A stretch of 64,000 nucleotides of DNA from Planctomycetota bacterium (GCA_043801445.1 JAZDMB010000030.1:78178-142177); one strand, 5' to 3'; shown: positions 51,304-61,715, counted from the first letter of the stretch. Translations and numbers: made by a program. The notes: generated from the letters alone by a model not told the origin.

Positions 51304-51478
51304 AGTATTTATTAATAATTTATCGTATGGAATTCCAGAGATAACAACGGAATTAAACTAATTAAAGAGAACACGAATAAGACGAATACGGCGAATCTCG
51401 CGAATAATTCGTGCTATTCGTTCCATTCGTGTGATTCGTGTTGAAATCTGATAAATCCGTTAAATCCTGTTGTTTAAT

Positions 51479-53677
51479 TTATAAGAATTTAATTACTTTA
51501 CTGATACGCACGGTCCATTTTTCCTGGGGCTGCAGTTTTATTTCCCAGCGGGGCAGAATCACGGATGATTGGTAAACCAGTTCGAATCCGCTTTCGGACT
51601 GTGACACAGTCTGCACAGGGAAATACCATATCTGAGCCGGTTTAGTCAATTTAAAACCGATGTCTATCTTTTGGAATAAGTCCTTGATTCCGAATATTTT
51701 TTCATTACTTGATTCGCCTTCTGTAATAAGCGGTCCCAGATTGGGTTTACTGTCATAATAGAATCTGTCAGGCGCATTGCCGGCTAACATCGACAGGTTG
51801 AATTCGGGAGCAAAGATAGTTTCAAGATAGTCCGAACCGGTGTTTATAATCTCGTAATCTATCAAGAGGGTTTTATTGTCATTGGAATCAAATGCTATAT
51901 TCTTGCTGACTTTTATCGGGCATGGTTTTTCAGGTTTTTTAAGATAGCCGTCCCGATGGAATTGAACCGCAGTGTTGTTTTTAAGAATGGATATTTGGTA
52001 TTCATTGAGTATAAAATCGCCTTCTTCGTCATAATTACAACAGGCAAAATTCTTCAATGATGTATTTTTATCCAGGAAATGGTCAAGAAGACTCTGACGC
52101 GGGTACTTATCATAGTAGAGCAGGTTTTCCAAGCCGGCCACTTTGGACACAATAATATCGTGTATGGTGGCGACATTAGTAACATAATTTTTATCCTGCG
52201 CCTGAAGTATTTTCTGGTGATAGGATTCCTGTCTGCGTCTGAGCGTGGCTAAAGGATTGAACTTTTTAGGGATGATATCCATCTCGTAAAGAGCCGCTCC
52301 TTGAGATGGTTTGAAATAACAATTAATAATCCTGTTGGAATAACGTAATTCAGGATATCCGTCATAATCAAAATCACCCTTGTCTATCCGGTTTTTAGCC
52401 GTCTTTTGGGATGTTTCTGATTCGGAGATAATTTCTTCAGCCGTTATAAGATGCTGATAAATAGCGTGCCTGAGGTGGGGGAGATAGAATCCGCCGAAGA
52501 CGCCATGCCAATAGGCGCAATTACCCTGGCCTTGATAAAGTTCACGCCCGGCATCTGCCAATTTCCGGCTGTCTTTTTTATGATGTTGTTCTGCAGACGA
52601 TGCCAAAGCCTTGCTGACTTCCATCATCTTGGAATACATTATGTTTATCTCAGGGTATTTCACTAAGAAATTACGCCAGAAACCGCCGGGGTTAAGTGTA
52701 AATTCGGAAGAAGATGTCTGATGTTGCTTATTAGCCAGAGGCGGATCTGCCTCAGGCACAGGGTAGCAAGAAGAAGACCGCTTCCGATAGTTTTCATAGA
52801 GCGTTGCGGCATCAATTGATAAGACCCATTCCATCATTTCACGATAAGAACCGCTGGGGATATATGCTTTACCGATAGGCTTTATTTTATCTATGACTTC
52901 CGAATATGTCGTTATGTTGAGCCAGTCTTGGGCATCATTTAAGGCTTGGAAGAATCGTTCCAGCCAGCCGACGGGACTGCCGTAACAATGCTCGTATGTC
53001 TTGGGCCAAAGCCCGAATTTCTCGCCATCATCGGCATAGCAAATTACCGAATCAGTATTTTTATAACTGTCCTGCCGATAATGAGAGAGGTAATTTATCG
53101 TTTCTATCGGTTCTTTGAAAGGTATCATATAGCGGAGTCTTTCAGGAATAGGGAAAATAGAAATTGCCTTGCCCTGGTCTTCGCTGATAAAATAGCCCGA
53201 GAGTTCCTTATTCAAGAATCCGGTGGTCTTAAAATGGAAATCGTCTATTACAGTATATTCGACACCTGCTTGGGCTAAAGATTTTACGAGGCTTTGTTCC
53301 CAAACCCTTTCAGCCAGCCATATTCCACGCGGACGTTTACCGAAAAGCTTTTCCAGATAATCGCTGAATAGGGCAATCTGCCCGATTTTATCGTCATCTG
53401 TAAGCATCGTCAAAATCGGCTCATAAAAACCGCCGCCCAGTATTTCCAGCCTGCCGTCATTTACCATTTTTTGGAGGCGGCTGATAAATTTAGGATGGCT
53501 GCGTTTTAGGTATTCTAAAAGAGGACCGCTATAATGCATGCATAATTTTATCCGCGGGAATTTGTCTATTAAATTAAGGAATGGTTCATAACTCTGCCGA
53601 TAGGCTGATTCCATAATATCATCAAAATTACCCACAGGCTGATGATTATGGATGCATAAGATAAAATTTAGCGACAT
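51479..53677 (-). CDS. glycoside hydrolase family 57 protein (alpha-amylase / alpha-glucanotransferase / branching-enzyme type)
   Basis: 'LNFILCIHNHQPVGNF' (GH57 HQP motif), 'YEPILTMLTD', 'GIWLAERVWE' catalytic region. Additional C-terminal ~250-aa domain. Confidence 0.8.
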   Translation of the reverse strand: MSLNFILCIHNHQPVGNFDDIMESAYRQSYEPFLNLIDKFPRIKLCMHYSGPLLEYLKRSHPKFISRLQKMVNDGRLEILGGGFYEPILTMLTDDDKIGQIALFSDYLEKLFGKRPRGIWLAERVWEQSLVKSLAQAGVEYTVIDDFHFKTTGFLNKELSGYFISEDQGKAISIFPIPERLRYMIPFKEPIETINYLSHYRQDSYKNTDSVICYADDGEKFGLWPKTYEHCYGSPVGWLERFFQALNDAQDWLNITTYSEVIDKIKPIGKAYIPSGSYREMMEWVLSIDAATLYENYRKRSSSCYPVPEADPPLANKQHQTSSSEFTLNPGGFWRNFLVKYPEINIMYSKMMEVSKALASSAEQHHKKDSRKLADAGRELYQGQGNCAYWHGVFGGFYLPHLRHAIYQHLITAEEIISESETSQKTAKNRIDKGDFDYDGYPELRYSNRIINCYFKPSQGAALYEMDIIPKKFNPLATLRRRQESYHQKILQAQDKNYVTNVATIHDIIVSKVAGLENLLYYDKYPRQSLLDHFLDKNTSLKNFACCNYDEEGDFILNEYQISILKNNTAVQFHRDGYLKKPEKPCPIKVSKNIAFDSNDNKTLLIDYEIINTGSDYLETIFAPEFNLSMLAGNAPDRFYYDSKPNLGPLITEGESSNEKIFGIKDLFQKIDIGFKLTKPAQIWYFPVQTVSQSESGFELVYQSSVILPRWEIKLQPQEKWTVRISKVIKFL

Positions 53678-53744
53678 ATTTAGATTTTGTTCCCTAATTT
53701 CATATGTGTAGATTTAATTTTATATATATGAGATTGTTGACTTT

Positions 53745-53905
53745 GTCAACAATTTCACCCTGAACGAAGTGAAGGGTCTCAAACCCGCCTGACCGGATGA
53801 CCAGTCGAACAGAACTGTGCTTGGTGAGATTCTTCGCTTCCCACCGGGCCCCTGTGGGTCGCTCAGAATGACACCGTTGAAAGGTTTTTCAACGGTCTCA
53901 TATTA
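53745..53905 (+). ncRNA. conserved structured element (copy 2), paralogous to 26505-26690
   Basis: See copy 1. Both hairpins are retained with compensatory substitutions. Not positioned as a 5' leader of any + strand gene. Confidence 0.45.
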
Positions 53906-54055
53906 CGAATAAAGACAAGATTTTAATAAGATTTTGTAAGAGATGGAGAAACGATTGCCTAGAGATAAAAAGAAAAAGGGCGTTCCGATGTTTATCAGAA
54001 CGCCCTTGATTTAAATCAAGATGTTATATCACAGTTTCAGATAAAATGCAGCACC

Positions 54056-54772
54056 TTACTCTGCTGGCCCCCAGTTTCTGCCACCTGCGCCAGTTGACTG
54101 GGTGGGTGAACCACCAGCAGTTGTAGCAGGCCAAGTGAGAGGATTAGCCGCAGCCGGTCCACAATTCCAAGCGGCATTTGCGCCACCTTGGTCTGTTGAA
54201 TAGACTGTGCCACCTTCGTTTACAATAAACATATTGACACCGCTTGACCCATAAGCTTCAGGTGCAGCGGCAAAAGCAAAAAGACTATTATTACACGCGG
54301 CCACAGCTGCAACGCCAACCGTGTTTACTTTATAAAGAGCTCCTGAGGCGATATAAGTGGTTACTAATGCTCTGTATAAATAACCTGATTTTGCAGTCTT
54401 TACAAGTGCTGTTGCTCCTGCATCCCAATCTTCAAAGACTGGAGTTGCACCAAAAACATCATCAACCGCTCTGGAGTCATCAGCTCTGGCATAGGATATA
54501 TCAATGAAATTAACCTTTGTAGTGCCATCTGCCCGCGTCATACGGTTAAAACAAGAAAGATCATATGTCCAATAGTCTTTTGTTCCATTGCCATCACAAT
54601 CTTGCTGTTTCCAGATAGCTTCCTGTGAAGTGAGTGTTTTCAATCCTGCAATCGCGCTGGTCTCATTTGCAGACATACGGCCGGTTAACAGATTCGGGAT
54701 AGCAATAGCCGCGATAATCGCAATAATGGCGATTACTATCATCAGTTCAATCAGTGTAAAACCTTTACGCAT
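54056..54772 (-). CDS. prepilin-type N-terminal cleavage/methylation domain protein (type IV pilin / pseudopilin-like)
   Basis: 'MRKGFTLIELMIVIAIIAIIAAIAIPNLL' is the canonical class III signal peptide (G/FTLIE). Start taken at the internal Met preceding this motif. Confidence 0.7.
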   Translation of the reverse strand: MRKGFTLIELMIVIAIIAIIAAIAIPNLLTGRMSANETSAIAGLKTLTSQEAIWKQQDCDGNGTKDYWTYDLSCFNRMTRADGTTKVNFIDISYARADDSRAVDDVFGATPVFEDWDAGATALVKTAKSGYLYRALVTTYIASGALYKVNTVGVAAVAACNNSLFAFAAAPEAYGSSGVNMFIVNEGGTVYSTDQGGANAAWNCGPAAANPLTWPATTAGGSPTQSTGAGGRNWGPAE

Positions 54773-55424
54773 ATAGCTCCTTTCAGTTATAGTTATATTT
54801 TCGTTCTCTGATGGAGTATAAGAGAACGATTTCAACAATTTGTATCGCTTAGTTTTATGTGTTCTATATATTCTTATCACCTCCTTTATCTTTTATAGAA
54901 CCCATAAATCAAGAATACTCTATTGTTTGATTTAATTATATAGCAATTCTTATACCTGATTCTTGTAAATATGTCAATAAAATAATAAAATATAAGTAAT
55001 ATCCTTAACTTATTTATTAGTATGCAGATAAGAAAATAATTAAATTCAGTTAATAATAAAGCTATTAATAATCAACAATAACCTTACATAAAATACACTA
55101 TTAATTGTCATAATATACCATTTTTTGTAGCTGTTGTAGCAATTTTTTGTGTATATCTCTTATACTGCAGACAAAAGCGAGTAAAGTGCTTTTTGTTTCG
55201 CATGTATTTATCAGCAATAGAGCGATTGCTATAATCATGATTAAATAAATTGATGAAGCGATGCCATTCGGTGAATTTAGACGGCCATGTTCCTTTTCAT
55301 GCTTACCTTCTCAAATCAAGTAAAGAGACAATTCAACTCCACATCCTTGACCTAAAACACACAGCATAATGTTTACCTTGAATTTTTATTGACTATTTCG
55401 AGAATAATTATTTTAGTGTTTATA

Positions 55425-56366
55425 ATGATGAAGGATACTATTGTTGTTACAGGCGGTGCCGGTTTTGTTGGTTCCTATCTGTGTGAGCGTCTTTATGATG
55501 ACGGGTTTAAGATTATTTGTATTGATAATCTTATTACCGGCAGACTTAAGAATCTTTCTAATATATCAGGGAAAGCAGATTTCAGGTTTTTACAGCAGGA
55601 TATATCAGAAAAGGTTACGATTAAGATAAAAAAACTGGTTGCCATATTGCATTTTGCTTCTCCGGCAAGTCCAAAAGATTATCTGCAATATCCTATAGAG
55701 ACCTTAAAAACAGGTTCTTTTGGAACATATTTAGCATTAGAATTAGCACGTTCTTCAGGAGCACGATTCCTTTTAGCATCTACTTCAGAAGTTTATGGTG
55801 ATCCGCTTAAACATCCACAGGATGAAACTTACTGGGGAAATGTGAATCCCATAGGACAAAGAAGCGTATATGATGAAGCCAAGCGATTTGCCGAGGCATT
55901 AACAATGGCCTATCACAGAAAATATAAAATAGATACAAAGATTGCCAGAATTTTCAATACTTATGGACCAAGGATGAGGTTAAACGACGGCAGGGCACTG
56001 CCCAATTTTTTCGCTCAGGCAATTAAGAACAAGGATATCACCATCTATGGAAATGGGAAACAGACACGAAGTTTTTGTTATATTGATGATATGATTGATG
56101 GACTCGTTAAATTGCTTTGGTCAAATGAATATTTCCCGACAAATTTAGGTAATCCGGAAGAGATTAGTATGCAAAAAATAGTTCAAGAAATAATTGAAAT
56201 AACTGAAAGTAAAAGTAAAATAGTATATAAATATTTGCCGGAGGATGACCCTCAACGACGTAAGCCTAATATTAATAAAGCCAAGAAAATCCTCAAATGG
56301 CGACCATTGGTCAGCCGAGACGTAGGATTGATAAAAACACTAAAGTACTTTAGAAAGGAGTGCTAA
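55425..56366 (+). CDS. UDP-glucuronate decarboxylase-like NAD-dependent epimerase/dehydratase
   Basis: 'IVVTGGAGFVGSYL' Rossmann motif. 'YGDPLKHPQDETYWGNVNPIGQRSVYDEAKRFAE...ARIFNTYGPRM' closely parallels the UXS/ArnA-Cterm family (YxxxK catalytic motif). Confidence 0.75.
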   Translation: MMKDTIVVTGGAGFVGSYLCERLYDDGFKIICIDNLITGRLKNLSNISGKADFRFLQQDISEKVTIKIKKLVAILHFASPASPKDYLQYPIETLKTGSFGTYLALELARSSGARFLLASTSEVYGDPLKHPQDETYWGNVNPIGQRSVYDEAKRFAEALTMAYHRKYKIDTKIARIFNTYGPRMRLNDGRALPNFFAQAIKNKDITIYGNGKQTRSFCYIDDMIDGLVKLLWSNEYFPTNLGNPEEISMQKIVQEIIEITESKSKIVYKYLPEDDPQRRKPNINKAKKILKWRPLVSRDVGLIKTLKYFRKEC

Positions 56367-56367
56367 G

Positions 56368-57345
56368 ATGCCAATGCTGATAAAGAAAGAACAGATAACA
56401 AAGGTATTAACAATGGCCGATGTGGTTAAAATCATGGAAACAACCTTTCGGTTCCACGGGCTGGGTAAGATTCAGCAGCCTCCAAAATCTTATTTGATAT
56501 TCCAGCACGGTGATATGAGGTCAATGCCTTCCCATATTAGCGCACCAACAATGGAAATCGCCGGTATTAAATGTGTTACCGTGCATCCTAACAACCGTAA
56601 ACTTGGTCTGCCTACAGTAATGGCAACTATCCTTTTGATAGACCCGAAAACAGGATATAATATTGCAGTAATGGATGGCACATTGATTACTGATATGAGA
56701 ACCGGTGCAGCAGGCGCCTTAGCGGCCAAATATCTTTCCAAGAAAAATAGTAAGGTTGCTGGTTTTGTGGGAGCAGGCCGTCAAGCATATACTCAAATGG
56801 AAGCTTTGAAAATAGTCCGTAATATTAAGGTTGTAAAAATATATGATCTCAATTTGCAAACCGTCAAGACATTCGCACAATGGATAAAGAAAAATTATCC
56901 TGATATCAATGTGCTGACTGCCAAGAGTGTTTCTGACGCCGTTAATCAATGCGATATCGTAGTTACAACTACACCTGCCCGAGGTCCGATTGTTATGGCT
57001 AAAGACGTTAGCCCGGGAACTCATATTAATGCTATCGGAGCCGATGCGCCAGGCAAGCAGGAATTAGAGGATAAACTAACAAAGAAATGTAAAATTGTCA
57101 TTGATGAATGGGAGCAAGCTTCGCACAGTGGTGAAATCAATGTGCCTTTTGCTAAAGGTGTAATTACTAAAAATGATATTTATGGGGAATTAGGTAAAAT
57201 CGTTGCCAAATTACAAAAAGGACGTACTAACAATAACGAAATCACCATCTTTGATTCAACCGGTTTGGCTTGCCAGGATATTGCTACCGCGTATACCGTT
57301 TACAAGAAACTTAAAGGTAAAGCAGTTGAAGTTAAATTCTTCTGA
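56368..57345 (+). CDS. ornithine cyclodeaminase / mu-crystallin family protein
   Basis: 'VAGFVGAGRQAYTQMEAL' NAD-binding motif of the OCD/mu-crystallin family. ~325 aa. Confidence 0.75.
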   Translation: MPMLIKKEQITKVLTMADVVKIMETTFRFHGLGKIQQPPKSYLIFQHGDMRSMPSHISAPTMEIAGIKCVTVHPNNRKLGLPTVMATILLIDPKTGYNIAVMDGTLITDMRTGAAGALAAKYLSKKNSKVAGFVGAGRQAYTQMEALKIVRNIKVVKIYDLNLQTVKTFAQWIKKNYPDINVLTAKSVSDAVNQCDIVVTTTPARGPIVMAKDVSPGTHINAIGADAPGKQELEDKLTKKCKIVIDEWEQASHSGEINVPFAKGVITKNDIYGELGKIVAKLQKGRTNNNEITIFDSTGLACQDIATAYTVYKKLKGKAVEVKFF

Positions 57346-57453
57346 TTACTTTTTAAAATCGAATAAGAGTGTTTGGCGTATAATCACGGTCAGGTAGTGA
57401 CAAATACGGTTTTTAGCTTTATTTGTATTATAAAGCTAAAGTAAGGATATCTT

Positions 57454-58770
57454 ATGGAATTCAATCCGATGATTGAGGCATCAAAATTCTGGACACTAAG
57501 AGGTAATCCAGCATTGATTTCCGGCAAGCGTCTTAAACAAGAAAATATTAAATGGACGCATCAAGGTATTACACACGGAGTTATTTTCTGTAATATCGGT
57601 GATACACATTTAGAAAAAGATATTGTTATTCCACAAGTAGTCAAAAAAGCCGTGCACCGATGCATCGAACAACAAAGAATATGCTATACCTTTTCCGAAG
57701 GCGACCCGTCATTAATTAAAAGCATCTCCGCCAAGTTCGGCGTATCGGATACTGAAATATTTATCACCAATGGCGTTACTGAAGCGATTTTGTTCCTGGG
57801 TCGTTTATTCGGCCAAATTATAGGTAAACCTGAAGACGGATTAACCTGTGCCAGGCGCAAAAGCAATTGGCCTGGTATCGTTTTAGTCAGCCCAGTTTAT
57901 CCGCCCTGGAACGGTATAATGATGGAATACGGACTGAAGGTAAACTTAGCTTGCCGCCATGATTCTGGCAAATTAAAAGGGCAAGCAAATATTGCCGAGA
58001 TTAAAAACAAAATAAACAGCGGAACTCAGGCGGTCGTTTTGATACCAGCTGATAATCCTACCGGTAAAGTCCTGCCGCCAGATAATATAGAAGAGGTAGC
58101 AAAATTGCTGGTTAAGGAAAAGGAAAATGGCAAAGACATATTCCTCATTGTAGATGATGTTTACCGGGAATTTATCGACCCCAAAATGCGGGTCGATTAT
58201 ATCAAACTGGCGGACAAATACAAATTACCTTTGATACTATTAGGCGGTATTGATAAGGTATTAGGAACCGGATTCCACGGTGGTTGGATGATTATTCATG
58301 TGCCAAAGGAATTGGAACGTCTGCATAAATTAACACCTGACACCATGCGCTTGATATTCGCTAAATACACAGGCGCAAATACCATCACTCAATATGCAAT
58401 GATGCCTTATTTCAACGATTACAACAGGGTTTTATCTGATATTAAAAAGAATCTAAAGAAATTTCACAACTGGAGCAATAAATATATTAAAGGATTCAAA
58501 ACGTATAGCAAAAACTATCTTAGGTTTAAATATGGTCCGCCCGAACTACCATTGTATTTATGGTTAGAACTTGTTCCCAAAAATGTCTGGGCGAATGCTA
58601 CTGAATTTGCTGATGACCTCGTAAAGACAACTGGCGTCTTAGTAGCACCAGGAGACCCTTTTGGTGATAAAAATTGTATTCGTATTTCAGTAGTTCGTGA
58701 TCCCCTTAAACCGTTAAATATTCCTAAAATTATTATTGATTTTATGAGAAGGGAAACAGGATTTAAATAA
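57454..58770 (+). CDS. probable PLP-dependent aminotransferase (fold type I)
   Basis: 'LIPADNPTGKV' (NPTG signature of class I/II aminotransferases), 'FLIVDDVYREF' (DExY-like). Confidence 0.5.
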   Translation: MEFNPMIEASKFWTLRGNPALISGKRLKQENIKWTHQGITHGVIFCNIGDTHLEKDIVIPQVVKKAVHRCIEQQRICYTFSEGDPSLIKSISAKFGVSDTEIFITNGVTEAILFLGRLFGQIIGKPEDGLTCARRKSNWPGIVLVSPVYPPWNGIMMEYGLKVNLACRHDSGKLKGQANIAEIKNKINSGTQAVVLIPADNPTGKVLPPDNIEEVAKLLVKEKENGKDIFLIVDDVYREFIDPKMRVDYIKLADKYKLPLILLGGIDKVLGTGFHGGWMIIHVPKELERLHKLTPDTMRLIFAKYTGANTITQYAMMPYFNDYNRVLSDIKKNLKKFHNWSNKYIKGFKTYSKNYLRFKYGPPELPLYLWLELVPKNVWANATEFADDLVKTTGVLVAPGDPFGDKNCIRISVVRDPLKPLNIPKIIIDFMRRETGFK

Positions 58771-58833
58771 TTCATGAAAATATGTCGCAAACAAATTGCA
58801 AACTGCATATATTATAAAATAAGGTGAAATAAT

Positions 58834-59037
58834 ATGCGGAAAAAAGAACTATTTGGAGAAATAGCTGTTAGATTAAGACTTGCAACACCACAACAGGTAA
58901 AATTAGCTCTAAAAAAACAACAGCAACTGAAAGAAAATAATAGGCACCGTTTAATTGGGTTAATCATGCTTGAGATGAATATTCTTGATACTACAGGTTT
59001 TATTAGTATTCTGAAGGAAATTGACAAGTCTATTTAA
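58834..59037 (+). CDS. small T2SSE_N/MshEN-like domain protein (possible c-di-GMP-binding module)
   Basis: Two tandem ~24-aa motifs 'LFGEIAVRLRLATPQQVKLALKKQ' and 'HRLIGLIMLEMNILDTTGFISILKEI' resemble the RLGxxLVxxGLITxEQLxxALxxQ repeats of GspE/MshE N-terminal domains. Confidence 0.4.
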   Translation: MRKKELFGEIAVRLRLATPQQVKLALKKQQQLKENNRHRLIGLIMLEMNILDTTGFISILKEIDKSI

Positions 59038-59554
59038 AACTCATACAAAAATAAAACAGCAAAAGAAAGGTTACATGAAAAAAAATAAGCCCTCTAAGAA
59101 AAAGATTCCTAATCAACAATCTTTAACATTTCCTTGCCACCCTAAATATTTAGTGACCGTACGAAAAGTAGTGTCTAGAATGTGGCGTCTAAATAAATTG
59201 CCGTTAAAAGATATGAGATTAGTAACGTTAGCAATTGATGAAGCAGCCAGTGTTATTGTTCAACATGCATTAGCGATAAAACAAAGCGGGAATATCAATA
59301 TTCATTTGGATATAAACGATGTAAGGTTTAAAGCTGTTATACAAGATAATATTCATTATTTTGATATAGATAATCTTTCCGAAACAGAACGTCGTTCTTT
59401 ATTACTAAAAGAAAGACGTCACCAAATATCCCTTTATTTAATAACTACAGTGATGGATGAAGTTACTTATGTTTATAAAAAGGGATTCGAGAATGAATTG
59501 CATCTCATTAAATTTATAAAACCATCCTCAATTCAAAGAAACAACTTGAAATAA
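59021..59554 (+). CDS. hypothetical protein, possible HATPase-like anti-sigma regulatory factor
   Basis: 'VTLAIDEAASVIVQHA' resembles the N-box (ExxxNAxxHA) of RsbW/SpoIIAB-type kinases. G-boxes not evident. Overlaps the upstream small ORF by 17 nt. Confidence 0.3.
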   Translation: MTSLFKTHTKIKQQKKGYMKKNKPSKKKIPNQQSLTFPCHPKYLVTVRKVVSRMWRLNKLPLKDMRLVTLAIDEAASVIVQHALAIKQSGNINIHLDINDVRFKAVIQDNIHYFDIDNLSETERRSLLLKERRHQISLYLITTVMDEVTYVYKKGFENELHLIKFIKPSSIQRNNLK

Positions 59555-59567
59555 TACGATTTTATTT

Positions 59568-60485
59568 ATGCTTAATAACAATGAAGTTGCTACAGAGTTA
59601 CTGCCAAATAATAATTATAAAGCCACAAAAGTCTCGGAAAGATTACGATATTTAGAAAATGTCTTGAATTTTTCTCCTGACATTATTATTTGTGGTGATA
59701 GCAATGGTAAAATCGTGGAATTTAATAGGGGAGCTGAAAAATTATTGGGTTACTCGCGAGGAGAAGTATTAGGCAAGCCGATTACCGACCTTTATTTTAA
59801 TCCTCGCGACAGATATAAAATGATTAATCTTTTACAACGAAAAGGTCAAGTTGTCGATTATGAAACCAGGCTTAAAAATAAAGCGGGACGAATGATTTAT
59901 ATATCAACCAGTGTAGCTTATCTTTATAACGAATTCGGGAAACTTATTGGTACAATTGGTATTGCTAAAGACATTAGACGCAGAAAGGAATTAGATAAAA
60001 AATTAGAGCGTTTAGCAATTACAGATGGATTAACCAACTTATATGATAGAGGCCATTTTAATATTTCCTTAGTTAAAATTATTGAAAAAGCTCGAAAAAC
60101 ACGACAATTGCTGAGTTGTATAATGATTGATTTAGACGGATTTAAAGAATATAATGATAAAGAAGGACATCTTGGAGGCGATGAAGTTCTGCGGAAAGTA
60201 GGTTCAATCATCCTAAAAGTTATACCTTATAACACAGGCTCAGCTTATCGTTATGGGGGAGATGAGTTTATCATGTTGATTACTGGGAAGAAACAAATGG
60301 TGGTAACATCTTTAGCTGAAAGAATCAGGAAAGAAATAGAAAATAATTTTAATAAACGAATTACGGCAAGTATTGGTGTTACTTATTGGCAATTATTTCA
60401 GACACCGCACCAACTGGTCAAAAATGCTGATGATGCGATGTATCGGGCAAAATCGTATGGCGGTAATAGAGTCTGTTTATCATGA
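59568..60485 (+). CDS. PAS-GGDEF diguanylate cyclase
   Basis: N-terminal PAS-like region, then 'RYGGDEF' active site with preceding 'IMIDLDGFKEYND'. 4-nt overlap with ruvA. Confidence 0.8.
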   Translation: MLNNNEVATELLPNNNYKATKVSERLRYLENVLNFSPDIIICGDSNGKIVEFNRGAEKLLGYSRGEVLGKPITDLYFNPRDRYKMINLLQRKGQVVDYETRLKNKAGRMIYISTSVAYLYNEFGKLIGTIGIAKDIRRRKELDKKLERLAITDGLTNLYDRGHFNISLVKIIEKARKTRQLLSCIMIDLDGFKEYNDKEGHLGGDEVLRKVGSIILKVIPYNTGSAYRYGGDEFIMLITGKKQMVVTSLAERIRKEIENNFNKRITASIGVTYWQLFQTPHQLVKNADDAMYRAKSYGGNRVCLS

Positions 60486-61096
60486 TAGAATATATTTGCG
60501 GACAACTAAAAGAAAAGAACCCAGCTACAGCAATAATAGATATTAATGGCATTGCCTTTAAGTTGTTTATTCCATTATCTACCTATGAAAAACTGCCAGA
60601 AAAAGGTCCCGTTTCACTTTTTACAACTCTTGTTATTCATGGTGGAATGTCATCTTCCGGTGAATTAAAAATATATGGTTTTGGCTCTAAAGAAGAACGC
60701 CAGTTTTTTCAGCTTCTCTGTTCGGTTACTCGAATCGGTCCATTAGTAGCATTACGAATACTTTCTGGTTCTTCAATTTATAATATCAAACAAGCCATTA
60801 TTTCTGAGGACGTTAAATTTCTATCTAAGGTAAAAGGTGTAGGCCTTAAAACTGCTCAAAGGATTATTATGGAACTTAAAGATTCTCTCAAGGATTTTGA
60901 AATAATGACGACTGCAACAACCCCCATAAAAAATATAGCGGTTACTGAAGCAATATTAGTTTTAAATGCTTTAGGATATCCTCTAAATATTGCCGAGAAA
61001 ACTGTGAGACAAGTATTACAAAAACCATTATCAGAAATATCTACTGAAATTTTAGTTAAACAAGCATTAAAAGAATCTCAATATGAACCATTATAG
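60482..61096 (+). CDS. ruvA: Holliday junction DNA helicase RuvA
   Basis: 'MIEYICGQLKEKNPATAIIDINGIAFKLFIPLSTYEKL' OB-fold N-terminus, HhH 'VKGVGLKTAQRIIMELKD'. ~200 aa. Confidence 0.85.
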   Translation: MIEYICGQLKEKNPATAIIDINGIAFKLFIPLSTYEKLPEKGPVSLFTTLVIHGGMSSSGELKIYGFGSKEERQFFQLLCSVTRIGPLVALRILSGSSIYNIKQAIISEDVKFLSKVKGVGLKTAQRIIMELKDSLKDFEIMTTATTPIKNIAVTEAILVLNALGYPLNIAEKTVRQVLQKPLSEISTEILVKQALKESQYEPL

Positions 61097-61715
61097 ATTA
61101 TACCACGTATTATTTGTTGTAATAAGTTTATTTGTCAGTTGTAGTTCACCGCAATTAGACAGAACTGGATTCTCACCACAAGATCATTATAAATTCGGGT
61201 TAAATTGGATAGGAGCTCATGACTTTCAGAGGGCGGAATTTTCCTTTAAGAAGGCAGTTGAATTAGATAGTAATTTTGGAGATGCCTACATCCAATTAGG
61301 ATTAGTGTATTATATTCTTTATGAAAAAGAAGTATCTTCTACTAAGAATCCAGATACTATAATGCAATATTATAACTCCGCATATAATTGTTTTACTAAA
61401 GGGTTAAAATGTGGCTCTAAAAATCCGCAGGCATATACAGGAATCGCAAGATTACAAAAAGTAGCTAATAGATTTGATAAAGCTATTGAAAGCTTGCTAA
61501 AAGCGCATGAACTTACTGAACCGGATGATATCACTACTGAAATTATCATTCATTATGAGTTAGGAGATTGTTATTTGGCACAAGGAAAATATAAGGAAGC
61601 TCTAGCGGAATACAAGGAATATCTGGAATTAGTTCCAACCAGTCAAGAACACGAAAATATTGAGAATGTCATTAAGGAAATCGAAAAACAGTTAGGCATC
61701 AGCTCGCCCCGATAA
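61083..61715 (+). CDS. TPR-repeat lipoprotein
   Basis: Signal/lipobox 'LFVSCSS'. TPR-like repeats (AEFSFKKAVELDSNFGDAYIQLGLVYY; YELGDCYLAQGKYKEALAEYKEYLEL). Confidence 0.55.
   Translation: MNHYRLYHVLFVVISLFVSCSSPQLDRTGFSPQDHYKFGLNWIGAHDFQRAEFSFKKAVELDSNFGDAYIQLGLVYYILYEKEVSSTKNPDTIMQYYNSAYNCFTKGLKCGSKNPQAYTGIARLQKVANRFDKAIESLLKAHELTEPDDITTEIIIHYELGDCYLAQGKYKEALAEYKEYLELVPTSQEHENIENVIKEIEKQLGISSPR

Noticed and set aside
54244-54776. Plus-strand ORFs (87 aa and 62 aa) inside the pilin gene region
   Set aside because: They are antisense to a well-supported prepilin CDS. The Q/L-rich translation is typical of antisense reading of a Gly/Ala-rich gene.
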